This document shows positions 21,204-31,913 of a stretch of DNA of 64,000 bases, piece by piece. The position numbers and the translations under genes are program-made. The stretch comes from Atopobium sp. (GTDB taxonomy: Bacteria; Actinomycetota; Coriobacteriia; Coriobacteriales; Atopobiaceae). Each line of letters begins with the position of its first letter. The stretch's first letter is position 1. The stretch lies in contig JAIJTS010000003.1 in NCBI GenBank assembly GCA_022732885.1, positions 44,205 to 108,204 on the forward strand, read 5' to 3'. Below the pieces are notes generated by a model. It was not told the origin of the DNA. It saw nothing but the letters and a program-made list of their open reading frames with translations, and did not search any database.

Positions 21204-22529
21204 ATGGATATGGCTAACAGATATAACTCCTTTAAATTTTCAAAATACAATTCCTTCGTTGAACATGATGATAATTTATATATCTACAATTCATTCACTG
21301 GTGGATTGTTAGAAGTTGACAAAACTTTGAAAGATTATTTCAAAGCAAAAAAATTCGACAATCAATTATCAAGTTCGATTAAAGCGTTATCCGACGAAAC
21401 ATCGGATAATCTACTGTCAGGCGGAATTCTAGTAGACAGCTCTATTGACGAAACAGAAGCACTTATCTGTTCATCCCAAATACATCGATTTGCAACAGAT
21501 AATCTAACTTTAACAATTGCTCCTACCACTTATTGTAACTTTAGGTGTCCTTACTGTTTTGAAAATATTAGAAATCAAACATCAATGTCAGAAGAAACGA
21601 TTGCCCAAATACCTCGATTTATTAAAAGTAACTTCCCTGATTTGAAGGCACTTCAAATTGTTTGGTATGGTGGAGAACCACTACTCGAGTTAGATAAAAT
21701 TTCATTATTGACCAGCAAGCTAATAAATAATGATTATTACTTGCAACCAGCTTCAATAGTAACGAATGGATATCTGCTAAATGAACAAATTGCACACAAA
21801 CTTGTTGACCTAGGTATTAACAACGCTCAAGTCACAATTGACGGTTCAAGAAATGATCATAATTTACGCAGAATTCCAGCGAATGGCTCACCAACTTTTG
21901 ACCGTATACTTAAAAATATTCAGTCTTGTTCTAATTTGCTCAACATTACAATTAGAATCAATGCCGATAAGACTAATGTTAAGCATGCGGATGAGTTATT
22001 GGAAGACCTTGAAAAAGCTGGTTTAAAAGATGTCGTTTCAATAAGTTTATCGCCAGTAACTGATTACACTGAAAAGAATAATGATTTGGGAGTATGTTTT
22101 TCATCTTCCCAATTTGCTGATGAAGAGTACATCTTCTATAAAAAGGCGGTACAAAAAGGATTTGATGTCGTAGGTAGTCTATTGCGTCAAAGGCAAATTT
22201 GTGGAGCAATTTCCTACAACTCTTATGTAATTGACCCTCATGGTGATCTTTATAAATGTTGGGATTCAATAGGAAATATAGATGAGAAAGTGGGAACCAT
22301 CTATGATTCCATACAGCTAAATACCAATCTTTGCAAATGGCTTACATACAATCCGTATAAGAAAAATTGTATTAACTGTAAAGTCCTTCCCATGTGTAAT
22401 GGTGGTTGCCCAAATCAATTCATCCAAACGGGAAGACTTGGGTGTTGTAGTAGTTTTTATAATCTCAACAAAAAACTAGAGTTGATTTCCTATGTGCTTA
22501 ATAATAATGAAGGTGATTCGAATGAGTAA
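21204..22529 (+). CDS. Radical SAM / SPASM-domain peptide-modifying enzyme (sactipeptide/ranthipeptide-maturase-like, anSME superfamily)
   Basis: 441 aa. CNFRCPYC (CxxxCxxC) after a ~115-aa N-terminal extension (YIYNSFTGGLLEVD, RRE-like). WYGGEPLL glycine-rich SAM motif. C-terminal SPASM Cys cluster (CGAISYNSYVIDPHGDLYKCWD...CINCKVLPMCNGGCPNQ). Confidence 0.85.
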   Translation: MDMANRYNSFKFSKYNSFVEHDDNLYIYNSFTGGLLEVDKTLKDYFKAKKFDNQLSSSIKALSDETSDNLLSGGILVDSSIDETEALICSSQIHRFATDNLTLTIAPTTYCNFRCPYCFENIRNQTSMSEETIAQIPRFIKSNFPDLKALQIVWYGGEPLLELDKISLLTSKLINNDYYLQPASIVTNGYLLNEQIAHKLVDLGINNAQVTIDGSRNDHNLRRIPANGSPTFDRILKNIQSCSNLLNITIRINADKTNVKHADELLEDLEKAGLKDVVSISLSPVTDYTEKNNDLGVCFSSSQFADEEYIFYKKAVQKGFDVVGSLLRQRQICGAISYNSYVIDPHGDLYKCWDSIGNIDEKVGTIYDSIQLNTNLCKWLTYNPYKKNCINCKVLPMCNGGCPNQFIQTGRLGCCSSFYNLNKKLELISYVLNNNEGDSNE

Positions 22530-24162
22530 GTTTTTTAACATTATCCGCTACTGTATATCTACCATTCTGGATAAGGGCAGTCTTGCGATTTTTCTCTTTC
22601 TGTCATTCTTTGTCACAGCGCTTATGGTGATCCAACCGCTTCTTGTTGGATTTGTAATTAATCTTTTTATTTCAGGAACAACTTGGAGCGAGATACTTTT
22701 CTATTGCGCCATAGTTGCCGCACTAGGAATCCTCATTGCCGGCTGCTCCTATCTTGCTAAAACACGGTATTGTCAGTTACAGGTTGATTCTGCGTTTACT
22801 ATTGAGCGACAGCTGATTGACAAGATTCAACATGCAGATTCATCGTTTTTCTCGTCATATGATTCTGGTCATTATCGTCAGACAGTAAATAATGATGCTA
22901 ATGACGTTTCGATTTTTATACTTACACAATGTATGAGCTTTGTAACAACTATGGTCTCTGTCTTAGGCACACTGGCAATTATTTTATATCTGAACCCATT
23001 AACCGCTCTTGTAACAGTTGTTCTGTTGTTGGTGAGTTTTATTATCTATAAGCAAATCCAAGCTGCGGCCTATAAAAGATACAGAGAATCCAAAGAACTA
23101 AGATCTCAATATGGATCTATTGAGCTTTCCCAATTCACAGACGTAGATTTTATCAGGCGTCATTCTCTCTTTGAGCGTTTCTTTAATCAGCACTATGCCG
23201 TCAATCAAAAACTTCGTAGTGCCATTCATGAGCAGTACAAACTGGAATTTGGTGTACAGGAATTAAACAATGCTGTAATTGCCGTATTCCAAGCCATTGT
23301 CTTTATTACCTGTGCATATCAAATTTTCCTTGGAGCACTCCAGCCTGGCTATATTGCAACCATTTCAAGCTATTTTGTATCGCTCTTAGGTTCTATTACG
23401 CTTCTTATGGAATTTGGCATGGCTTATCAGAGTATTACGGTAAGTCTTAATCGAATTGAGCAGATTCTTGATTTACCTCAAGAGTCCGTTGGTAACATCA
23501 TTCCATCAGAGAACGTCAATCAAATTACCTGCACAAATGTATCTTTCTCTTATCCGCATACAAATAAAGTACTGATGAACAACTTGTCTTGCAGTTTTGC
23601 AAAAGGAAATATATACGCCATTACCGGTGGAAACGGTACCGGCAAATCAACATTTCTGAAACTCATTAACGGAGAGTGGTCTTCTCACCTATCGGGCACT
23701 ATTACTATTAACGAGGACTTACTAGCTCAAATTAATCAGTATGAACTCCGAAAAAATACTCTTGGATTTACCGAACAAGAGCCAAGCATTGTTGACGATA
23801 CAGTAAGAAATAATCTGACCCTACTCTGCAAAAAGCAACCAACAGATGAAGAGATAATCAACTATATCAAGCTGTTCAATCTGGAAAAATTGCTGCTTGG
23901 AGACGATCAAAATCTTGACGTTCGCCTGGGTGAACGAAGCTCTGCTATCTCTGGTGGAGAAAAGCAAAAGATTGCAATTATCCGCATGATGCTTATGAAT
24001 CCAAGTGTTATGTTGCTTGACGAGCCAACTTCTGCATTAGATCAAAAAAGTGTTGATATCCTTCTTAATCTTCTCAAGAAGGTCAAGCAGGACCACATCA
24101 TACTTCTCATATCTCATGACCCTAAAGTGGTGGAAGCAGCCGACCATATCGTAGAGCTGTAA
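22522..24162 (+). CDS. ABC transporter, fused permease/ATP-binding protein (type I exporter, no C39 peptidase domain)
   Basis: Six N-terminal TM helices, then NBD with Walker A GGNGTGKST, signature LSGGEKQKIAI, Walker B LLDEPTSALD. ATG at 22522 with GAAGGTGA RBS overlaps the rSAM stop by 8 nt. The ORF track gives upstream in-frame starts at 22492 and 22507. Confidence 0.85.
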   Translation: MSKFFNIIRYCISTILDKGSLAIFLFLSFFVTALMVIQPLLVGFVINLFISGTTWSEILFYCAIVAALGILIAGCSYLAKTRYCQLQVDSAFTIERQLIDKIQHADSSFFSSYDSGHYRQTVNNDANDVSIFILTQCMSFVTTMVSVLGTLAIILYLNPLTALVTVVLLLVSFIIYKQIQAAAYKRYRESKELRSQYGSIELSQFTDVDFIRRHSLFERFFNQHYAVNQKLRSAIHEQYKLEFGVQELNNAVIAVFQAIVFITCAYQIFLGALQPGYIATISSYFVSLLGSITLLMEFGMAYQSITVSLNRIEQILDLPQESVGNIIPSENVNQITCTNVSFSYPHTNKVLMNNLSCSFAKGNIYAITGGNGTGKSTFLKLINGEWSSHLSGTITINEDLLAQINQYELRKNTLGFTEQEPSIVDDTVRNNLTLLCKKQPTDEEIINYIKLFNLEKLLLGDDQNLDVRLGERSSAISGGEKQKIAIIRMMLMNPSVMLLDEPTSALDQKSVDILLNLLKKVKQDHIILLISHDPKVVEAADHIVEL

Positions 24163-24163
24163 T

Positions 24164-24658
24164 TTATTGCGCGCTACGTCCCAGCAGAACAACTGCCCAG
24201 GCAGCAATGCCTTCTTGAGTGCCCACAAAACCAAGGCCTTCGGTGGTAGTTGCTTTTACGCCAACTTTGTCTGACGTAACGCCCATGACCTCAGCCATGC
24301 GGTTTCTCATAGCGTCGCGATGAGGGAGCAGCTTAGGTGCTTGAGCTGCAACGGTGCAGTCACAGTCCAGAAGCTCAAAGCCCTCATTACGAACAAGCTG
24401 CATAACATGGGACAGAAGCACCATAGAATCAGCGCCCTCATAAGCAGGGTCTGTATCAGGGAAAAGCTGGCCAATGTCGCCGGCACGCATAGCTCCTAGT
24501 AGGGCGTCCATGAGTGCATGAGCCAAAACGTCAGCATCGGAATGGCCGAGAAGACCTTTGGTGTGCTCAATTTTAATACCACCTAAGATAAGATCTCTGC
24601 CCTCTACCAGGCGATGAACATCGTATCCGTGGCCAATTTTAAGCTCTGGCATACTCAC
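24164..24658 (-). CDS. ispF: 2-C-methyl-D-erythritol 2,4-cyclodiphosphate synthase
   Basis: IGHGYDVHRL...GHSDADVLAHALMDALLGA, canonical IspF motifs. Confidence 0.93.
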   Translation of the reverse strand: MSMPELKIGHGYDVHRLVEGRDLILGGIKIEHTKGLLGHSDADVLAHALMDALLGAMRAGDIGQLFPDTDPAYEGADSMVLLSHVMQLVRNEGFELLDCDCTVAAQAPKLLPHRDAMRNRMAEVMGVTSDKVGVKATTTEGLGFVGTQEGIAAWAVVLLGRSAQ

Positions 24659-25458
24659 TCTACAGCCCCACTTCCGGTTGCGCCTTCTAACAAGCGTCGG
24701 CTGAGCGTGGCTTCAACAATTGCAAGGTCAGACGGGTACGTGACCTTCACGTTTTCTCGTTGCGACTCAACGCACAGCACCGTAAGACTCAGTCGCTCAA
24801 CTAACGACGAATCATCGGTTCCCTGATAGCCCTCCTGACGAGCCACTTCGTGAGCTTCAAGCAGCGTGCGCGTCTTAAACACCTGAGGGGTCTGGGCAGC
24901 CCAGAAAGTAGAGCGATCAGGTGTATCTACGATGGTTGTGCCGTCTACGCGCTTTAGCGTATCAGTTGCACGGTGAGCCAAAATTGCTCCCGCAATCTTA
25001 GGAGAGTTGCGGACCGTACCAATGACCTGCTCAATGGTTTCTACCTCAATGAGCGGACGAACCGCATCATGAACAGAAACAAAATCATATCCGACAGGCA
25101 CTACCTGAAGCGCGTTGTAAACCGATTCCTGTCTGGTAGCACCAGATGTTGCAAAGTGAACGGGTTTGTGGAGTACAAGCTTGCCCAAAACACCCTCTTG
25201 AACTGCAGCGCGTTTCTCGTCAGAGCAAGCAATTACAATGTGAGCCACGCTGGGCGCGTGATCAAACGCAAGGATTGACCAGCTCATCAGCGGAAGTCCG
25301 CAAACAGTAATAAACTGCTTGCCGTCAGGATATCCAAAGCGCTCGCCAATGCCGCCGGCCACAATGACGGCAACGGTATCGGCTTTTGCTCCATGTGTTG
25401 AAAGGCGAGAAGGACGTGGCTTTGACACAACCTTTGCACAAGTGCTGCTTGCAGCCAT
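24655..25458 (-). CDS. ispD: 2-C-methyl-D-erythritol 4-phosphate cytidylyltransferase
   Basis: VAVIVAGGIGERFG nucleotidyltransferase motif. Overlaps ispF by 4 nt. After ~35 N-terminal residues of uncertain true start. Confidence 0.88.
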   Translation of the reverse strand: MAASSTCAKVVSKPRPSRLSTHGAKADTVAVIVAGGIGERFGYPDGKQFITVCGLPLMSWSILAFDHAPSVAHIVIACSDEKRAAVQEGVLGKLVLHKPVHFATSGATRQESVYNALQVVPVGYDFVSVHDAVRPLIEVETIEQVIGTVRNSPKIAGAILAHRATDTLKRVDGTTIVDTPDRSTFWAAQTPQVFKTRTLLEAHEVARQEGYQGTDDSSLVERLSLTVLCVESQRENVKVTYPSDLAIVEATLSRRLLEGATGSGAVE

Positions 25459-26537
25459 TATTCTGACTTACCCCACATTCTGCGGAGACTGTTAGCAAGT
25501 GCACCGGGGTTCTCGACACCCAGGGATTTGAGGCTAGACGTATCGTTTTCTGCAACGTGAAGCAGCTGCTGCAGGTTATCGTAGGCGTCAACAATTCTGG
25601 CTGCAATTTCATCGTTGACTACGTGAACGCGAGAAAGCGTGCGCAGGCCCAGAGGCTCCATGGACGCATCTTCTCCGCGACCATCGGAGTAGCCAAGAAT
25701 CTGGCCAACACTCTCTGCGGAACGGAGCTCAGTGTTGGCTGTCTCATGGAAGCGGCGGCGAATAGCGCGTGCCTCCTCAGCAGAAGAATCTACAGCGTAA
25801 TCGCGAATCATCAGGTTATAGGCCTCGTCGATGCCGCCCAAATATTCCTCGCGCTGCATAGCAGTGGTTTTACCCTCGCTGCCCAACTCCAAAAGGCAGG
25901 CATCCAGCTGATCAACGGCACTAAACAGAACCTCAAAGAGATAGAAAATACCAGCTACATCGCCCAGAGTGACGTAGTTATCAAGCTCAAGCGCGGTCAG
26001 GCGCAGAAGCGCACGATCAAGCTGCTGACGTGTATTCTGCATAGCAACCGAAAGCTGATTGACGGTAGACATAATGGCTGGTACAGACTTCAGCGGAATA
26101 ACGTGACCATCAACGTAGACGGTAATCAACGAACGGCGAGAAGACACTGCAATCACAATTGACTTGGTGAGCAAGCTCATACGAGCTGCAGTACGATGGC
26201 GAGTGCCTGTTTCTGCAGTTGGAAGCGTTGCGTCAGGATTAAGGTGGAAGTTGGCACGTAAAATTCTGGTGAGATCTTTATCTACCACCACGGCGCCATC
26301 CATTTTGCAGAGCTCAAACAGGCGGTTTGCGGTAAAGGAAACATCAAGTTTAAAACCGTCTCCACCTGCAGCAAGAACGTTTTCTGTATCCCCTACACAA
26401 ATGAGGGCACCAAGACGACCAGCAATAATCATATCCAGAGCAACGCGGAGCGCTGTTCCTGGAGCAGTCATTTTCAGAGCTGAAGCAATACGGTCCCCGT
26501 CTTCTAATGCGTTTGGATCAAGTTGCGTTGGCTCCAT
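25458..26537 (-). CDS. disA: DNA integrity scanning protein DisA (diadenylate cyclase)
   Basis: DAC domain motifs MDGAVVVDKDL and GTRHRTAARMS. ~359 aa. Upstream of ispD as in Firmicutes/Actinobacteria. Confidence 0.88.
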   Translation of the reverse strand: MEPTQLDPNALEDGDRIASALKMTAPGTALRVALDMIIAGRLGALICVGDTENVLAAGGDGFKLDVSFTANRLFELCKMDGAVVVDKDLTRILRANFHLNPDATLPTAETGTRHRTAARMSLLTKSIVIAVSSRRSLITVYVDGHVIPLKSVPAIMSTVNQLSVAMQNTRQQLDRALLRLTALELDNYVTLGDVAGIFYLFEVLFSAVDQLDACLLELGSEGKTTAMQREEYLGGIDEAYNLMIRDYAVDSSAEEARAIRRRFHETANTELRSAESVGQILGYSDGRGEDASMEPLGLRTLSRVHVVNDEIAARIVDAYDNLQQLLHVAENDTSSLKSLGVENPGALANSLRRMWGKSE

Positions 26538-26770
26538 GGCTCTCCCCTAATTACTTGCAGCTTATAGGCTGCGTTTTGCGTTGTTGTACGTTTACAGTTT
26601 CAATTTGTTTCAACGTTTCAAGTATACGGTTTTGTTGCCAGTACGTGTAGTGACGGTTTTGAGAAGACGGGTTTCTCAACGGATTTCTCAACGGGTGCCT
26701 GGGCAGTCTACTCGACACGGACTTCTTGCCAAGGTTTTCTCGCCAAGAGAACTACGCGTTTAGCTGCGAT

Positions 26771-26800
26771 ACAAAAAGACCCGAGGCAGAACCTCGGGTC
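26771..26800 (-). terminator. Rho-independent terminator after clpC
   Basis: Perfect 9-bp hairpin gacccgagg/cctcgggtc with 5-nt loop, followed on the minus strand by UUUUUGU. Confidence 0.65.
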
Positions 26801-26809
26801 AGAACTAAC

Positions 26810-29440
26810 TTAGTCGGCGGAGGACATCAAATCAGACGAGCCGCCAGCGCTACCCTGTGGCAGCGAGGATGGACCCATGCTGACATCCATCTGGTCAAGC
26901 TGCGCCATGGTCTCTTTCTTGCGAGGCTCAGGAATAACGCCTGTGGTCTTGGTGAACACAAGCTTCTTGCCTTCAGCGTCAACATCAACAGCAACAATGT
27001 CACCTGCGTTCCACTGACCAGAGAGAAGCTCCTCGGACAGTGGATCTTCAATCATCGACTGAATGGTACGGCGCAGTGGACGAGCTCCGTAGACAGGATC
27101 GGTTCCGTCTTTGGCAATCAGGTCCTTTGCAGCCTCGGTGAGCTCGATGGACATGCCATTTGCAATCAGGCGATCGCGCAGCTCAAGAACCATAAGGTCA
27201 ACAATGCCACGAAGCTGCTCGGTAGAGAGCGACTTGAAGACAACAATCTCGTCTACACGGTTCAAGAACTCTGGGCGGAATCCACGCTTGAGCTCGGACA
27301 TAACGCGGCTGGTAATCTCTTTGTCGGAAAGGCCCTTAGAACCCTCTGACGAGAAGCCCATGGTATTGGTGCGGGCAATCTCGCGAGCGCCAATGTTAGA
27401 GGTCATGATGACAACCGTGTTGGAGAAGTCCACGTGACGGCCTTGACCGTCAGTCAAGCGGCCCTCGTCAAGAATCTGCAACAAGATGTTGAAGACGTCT
27501 GGATGTGCCTTCTCAATCTCATCAAAAAGCAGGACAGAGTATGGACGACGGCGGACAGCCTTGGTGAGCTCACCGCCCTCATCATAGCCTACGTATCCTG
27601 GAGGAGCACCAACCAGCTTAGCTACGGTGTGACGCTCCATGTACTCAGACATGTCGTATGAAAGCAAGGCATCTTCGGAGCCAAACAGGAACTCTGCCAG
27701 GGTTTTTGCAAGCTCAGTCTTACCTACACCGGAAGGGCCTAGGAAGATGAAAGAGCCGCCAGGACGCTTTGGGTCTTTGAGAGGGCTGCGGCTTCTGCGG
27801 ATTGCCTTTGCAACCTTAACAACAGCCTCGTCCTGACCAACAACACGCTGGTGAAGGATGCCTTCTGTACGAAGCAGCCTTGAAGCCTCAGTCTCGGTGA
27901 GGTTGGAAACAGGAACACCGGTAATGCCGGAAACGACCTTTGCAATATCGTCCTCGTCAACGGTAACAATGTTCTTGTCCAGCTGCTCACGCCACTCAGT
28001 CTCCAGGCGATCCCTCTCTGCTACCAGGGATTTCTCCTGGTCACGCAGACGAGCTGCCTGCTCAAACTCCTGAGCGCTTGCCGCCTCAGACTTCTGGGTG
28101 CGAACGCGGAGAAGATCTGCGTCTACCTGGGCAATCTCTGGAGGAAGGCTCATCTTGTGAATGCGTGCGCGAGCGCCAGCCTCATCGAGGACATCAATGG
28201 CCTTGTCTGGCAAGAAACGGTCCTGGATGTAGCGGCTCGAAAGCGCAACAGCAGCCTTAATAGCAGCCTCGGTGTAGTGGACGTGGTGGTGCTTCTCATA
28301 GCGGTCCTGAAGACCGTGGATGATAGAAATGGTGTCGTCGTTGTTTGGCTCGCCGATGTTGACTGGCTGGAAACGCCTCTCAAATGCAGCGTCCTTCTCG
28401 ACATGTTTACGATACTCTTCTGCCGTAGTTGCGCCGATAACCTGGATTTCTCCACGAGACAGCGGTGGCTTCAAGATAGACGCGGCATCGATGGAGCCTT
28501 CTGCGGAACCGGCGCCAATGACGGTGTGAATCTCGTCAATAAAGAGGATGTCATTCTTGGATTTCTCCAGCTCAGCAACAACCTTCTTCATGCGGTCCTC
28601 AAACTCACCGCGATACTTAGATCCTGCTACCAGGCTTGCCAGGTCAAGCGTCCAGACCTGCTTTCCACGGAGGATGTCAGGAACGTTGCCGGATGCAATG
28701 AGCTGAGCCAGGCCCTCAACAATAGCGGTCTTGCCAACGCCAGGATCGCCCAGGATAAGTGGGTTGTTCTTCTGGCGACGTGCAAGAACCTGCATGACAC
28801 GCTCAATCTCGCGGTCGCGGCCAATGACGGGGTCAAGCTTTTTATCTGCGGCAAGCTTGGTAAGGTTACGACCAAACTGCTCCAGCATGGAAGCGTCATC
28901 GTTTGCGTTAGGACGCATCTGGCCAGCGCCTACCGGCATGCCAAAGATGCCACCCTCAATGCGAGGCTCTGCCATACGAGGGCCAGCAGGTGCATCGTCT
29001 GGAGTCTGGGCAACAAGCTCATCAACGGCGTTTCTTACGGCATCACCCGAGACACCCATGGTACGCAGGGCATCCATTGCGCGACCATTACCCTCGGACA
29101 CAATACCTAAGAGCAAGTGTTCTGTTGCAATATAGCTTTGACCGTGGGTCATGGTTTCTCTGTACGCGTCCTCAAGCACGCGTTTTGCGCGAGGAGTAAA
29201 CGGAATGTGGCCGCCAGGAATAGGGTCTCCTGCGCCCGTGGTGAGCTCTTTTACAGTTGCCAGGGCCTCATCATACGAGACCTCCAGCTTAGCCAGAGCC
29301 TGAGCAGCAATACCCTCCCCCTCTTTGATGAGAGCAAGTAGCAGGTGCTCGGTACCAACATACATCTGGCCAAGACCGCGAGCCTCGTCCTGAGCCAGGC
29401 TCATGACTTTACGCGCTCTGTCAGTGAATTTATCAAACAT
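26810..29440 (-). CDS. clpC: ATP-dependent Clp protease ATP-binding subunit ClpC
   Basis: 876 aa. Two Clp-N repeats, two AAA+ modules ([25 protein letters not shown]), UVR-like middle region. Confidence 0.95.
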   Translation of the reverse strand: MFDKFTDRARKVMSLAQDEARGLGQMYVGTEHLLLALIKEGEGIAAQALAKLEVSYDEALATVKELTTGAGDPIPGGHIPFTPRAKRVLEDAYRETMTHGQSYIATEHLLLGIVSEGNGRAMDALRTMGVSGDAVRNAVDELVAQTPDDAPAGPRMAEPRIEGGIFGMPVGAGQMRPNANDDASMLEQFGRNLTKLAADKKLDPVIGRDREIERVMQVLARRQKNNPLILGDPGVGKTAIVEGLAQLIASGNVPDILRGKQVWTLDLASLVAGSKYRGEFEDRMKKVVAELEKSKNDILFIDEIHTVIGAGSAEGSIDAASILKPPLSRGEIQVIGATTAEEYRKHVEKDAAFERRFQPVNIGEPNNDDTISIIHGLQDRYEKHHHVHYTEAAIKAAVALSSRYIQDRFLPDKAIDVLDEAGARARIHKMSLPPEIAQVDADLLRVRTQKSEAASAQEFEQAARLRDQEKSLVAERDRLETEWREQLDKNIVTVDEDDIAKVVSGITGVPVSNLTETEASRLLRTEGILHQRVVGQDEAVVKVAKAIRRSRSPLKDPKRPGGSFIFLGPSGVGKTELAKTLAEFLFGSEDALLSYDMSEYMERHTVAKLVGAPPGYVGYDEGGELTKAVRRRPYSVLLFDEIEKAHPDVFNILLQILDEGRLTDGQGRHVDFSNTVVIMTSNIGAREIARTNTMGFSSEGSKGLSDKEITSRVMSELKRGFRPEFLNRVDEIVVFKSLSTEQLRGIVDLMVLELRDRLIANGMSIELTEAAKDLIAKDGTDPVYGARPLRRTIQSMIEDPLSEELLSGQWNAGDIVAVDVDAEGKKLVFTKTTGVIPEPRKKETMAQLDQMDVSMGPSSLPQGSAGGSSDLMSSAD

Positions 29441-29729
29441 GTGCTGAAACCTCTCAAAACTCTATATATTTTTGGTTTATACCCATCAGAAGGCTCTGCA
29501 AACATACGACTCGCGTTGGATTTTTCTCCTCCGTATGAACCACACAAACGCCAGGCGAGAAACCCGCGCTGCCGAGAAGACCGCGCTGTCGCCGCAAGCG
29601 CCGAGACTCAGCCGTCGCGGCAAGCTCCACGACACCGCCTCCACACACAAAAAGCCCGGTACCTGCAATGAGCGGATACCAGGCTGATGCGTTTGTATAT
29701 TGCGCTGGGGCAGCTAAGCTTCCAAGCTC

Positions 29730-31316
29730 TTAGCGCTTCTCGGGCTTGAGCTGTGGGAAAAGAAGAACGTCGCGGATAGAAGGCTGATCGCAGAAGAGCA
29801 TCATCATGCGGTCGATGCCGTAGCCAATGCCGCCCGCTGGTGGCATACCGTACTCAAGTGCGCGGATGAAGTCGTAATCGTACTCCATAGCCTCTTCATC
29901 GCCCTGGCGCTTAGCCTCCATTTGAGCAGCAAAGCGCTCCTCCTGGTCAACAGGGTCGTTGAGCTCAGAGTATGCGTTTGCGTACTCGGCACCACAGATA
30001 ATAAGCTCAAAGCGATCAGTCAGGCGAGGATCGTCTGCCTTGCGCTTGGTGAGCGGAGAAACCTCTGCAGGATAATCGCAGACAAAGGTTGGGTTTACGA
30101 TGCTCTTCTCGCCAAGCTCATCGTAGATCTCAAACAGCAGCTTGCCAGCCTGCCACTCTGGATTCCACTCAATCTCAAAGCGGTCCAGGACTGCGCGGAG
30201 TTTCTCGACAGGAGTGTCAATGGAGAGCTCCTCGCCGGTGACCTCGGACGCAATCTCTGCCAGGGATGCAACGCGCCAGTTGCCGGAGAGGTCAACCTCG
30301 GTACCCTGGTAAGTGATGACCTCGTGGCCCTCCTCACAGCCGCAAGCCTTGCGGGCAATCTCCTGGAAGAGCTTCTGGGAAAGCTCACGCATGCCGGCCA
30401 GGTCAGAGTAGGCGGCGTATGCCTCCATGGAAGTAAACTCTGGGTTATGCGTGAGGTCGGTGCCCTCGTTTCTGAACTGACGACCAAGCTCGTAGACGCG
30501 CTCAAGACCGCCAACAAGCAGGCGCTTTAGCGGAAGCTCGGTTGCAATACGCAGGTAATTCTCGGTGTTCAGAGCGTTGTAGTGCGTGATGAATGGCTTT
30601 GCGTTTGCGCCACCAAGAATCTCCTGGAGAACAGGGGTCTCAACCTCCATGTAGCCGTCCGCCTCCATGAACTGGCGGATGATGGAGATAATCTGAGAGC
30701 GCTTGCGGAATACGTCACGGACCTCGGGGTTCATGATGAGGTCAACGTAGCGCTGGCGATAACGAACCTCGCGGTCGGTAAGGCCGTGGAACTTCTCTGG
30801 CAGAGGACGTAGCGACTTGGAGAGAACCTCCAGCGAGGTCACTGCTAGGGAAAGCTGGCCGCGGCGCGTACGCATGATAGCGCCGGTTGCGCCGATGATG
30901 TCGCCAAGGTCGAGAAGACCAAGGAGCTCCCAGTTCTTCTCGTCAAGGTTGTTGATGCGGCAGAAGAGCTGAATCTGACCGGTATAGTCTTCTATCACGA
31001 CAAACGCGATCTTGCCCTGGTTGCGGATGGCGCGGACGCGGCCAGCCACGGAATAGACTTCCTCGCCAGTCTGGCCATCCTCGAGGTCAGCGTAGCGCTC
31101 CTCCAGCTCAGCGACGTGAGCGGTGACGGTGGACTTGATTGGGTATGGGTTAACACCAGCGTCAATGAGTGCCTGGCGACGAGCCTTGCGCTGCGCGCGC
31201 TCGTCGTTGATGGAAGCCTCTGGGGTAGCTTCGGTTGCATCAGCAGCGGTTGCAGCAGCGTTCTCTGCTGCAGCATCGGTTGAGCTACCAGCGATGTTGT
31301 TCTCTACTTCGGACAT
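29730..31316 (-). CDS. lysS: Lysine--tRNA ligase (class II)
   Basis: Class II motifs including C-terminal GGIGYGIDRMMMLF. ATG at 31316 (MSEVENN) is preceded by GGAGGA. The ORF track extends to 31355. Confidence 0.93.
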   Translation of the reverse strand: MSEVENNIAGSSTDAAAENAAATAADATEATPEASINDERAQRKARRQALIDAGVNPYPIKSTVTAHVAELEERYADLEDGQTGEEVYSVAGRVRAIRNQGKIAFVVIEDYTGQIQLFCRINNLDEKNWELLGLLDLGDIIGATGAIMRTRRGQLSLAVTSLEVLSKSLRPLPEKFHGLTDREVRYRQRYVDLIMNPEVRDVFRKRSQIISIIRQFMEADGYMEVETPVLQEILGGANAKPFITHYNALNTENYLRIATELPLKRLLVGGLERVYELGRQFRNEGTDLTHNPEFTSMEAYAAYSDLAGMRELSQKLFQEIARKACGCEEGHEVITYQGTEVDLSGNWRVASLAEIASEVTGEELSIDTPVEKLRAVLDRFEIEWNPEWQAGKLLFEIYDELGEKSIVNPTFVCDYPAEVSPLTKRKADDPRLTDRFELIICGAEYANAYSELNDPVDQEERFAAQMEAKRQGDEEAMEYDYDFIRALEYGMPPAGGIGYGIDRMMMLFCDQPSIRDVLLFPQLKPEKR

Positions 31317-31383
31317 GTATCCTCCACGTAAAAACGCCCCGCGCCAGACGGACACGGGGCGACCAAAAATCTTTTGTGCCAGT

Positions 31384-31863
31384 CTAGCGAGTAATAGAGG
31401 TAATGGTGTACTTCTTCACCTTGCCGTTTGGCGTGGTGAACTCAACCTCGTCGCCCTTCTTGTGACCAATAAGAGCCTCGCCAGCTGGGGACTCATTAGA
31501 GATCTTGTGCTCAAGGGAGTTAGTCTCAGTAGTACCAACAATTACATACTTAGTTGTCTTGCCTTTTGCATCAGCAAGCTCAACGGTTGTACCAATTGCA
31601 ACGGTAACATTGCGCTTGCTGCCGCCCTCGACAACCTTTGCGACAGAGAGAATCTGGCGAATCTCATTGATGCGGGACTCGTTGTGGGACTGCTCTTCTT
31701 TTGCAGCGTCATACTCGGAGTTCTCAGAAAGGTCACCAAAACCGCGAGCCTCTTTGATGCGCTCAACAATCTCATCGTGCTTCTCGCCCTCACGATAAGC
31801 CAGCTCATCGACAAGCTTCTGACGGCCTTCTGGGGTAAGTACAATCTCTTTAGTAGTATCCAT
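31384..31863 (-). CDS. greA: Transcription elongation factor GreA
   Basis: 159 aa. LT.EG...L..EL.....E, acidic coiled-coil tip (GDLSENSEYDAAKEEQ), and FKBP-like C-terminal domain. Confidence 0.92.
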   Translation of the reverse strand: MDTTKEIVLTPEGRQKLVDELAYREGEKHDEIVERIKEARGFGDLSENSEYDAAKEEQSHNESRINEIRQILSVAKVVEGGSKRNVTVAIGTTVELADAKGKTTKYVIVGTTETNSLEHKISNESPAGEALIGHKKGDEVEFTTPNGKVKKYTITSITR

Positions 31864-31913
31864 CGTGTTCTTTCTGTTGATGGGTCGAGTAGGTCTATAC
31901 GTATGAGCTGGGG

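Noticed and set aside
21109-21312. 67-aa ORF overlapping the end of the peptide gene and the start of the rSAM gene
   Set aside because: Out of frame with both better-supported genes. No RBS.
28157-29110. 317-aa plus-strand ORF
   Set aside because: Antisense to clpC.
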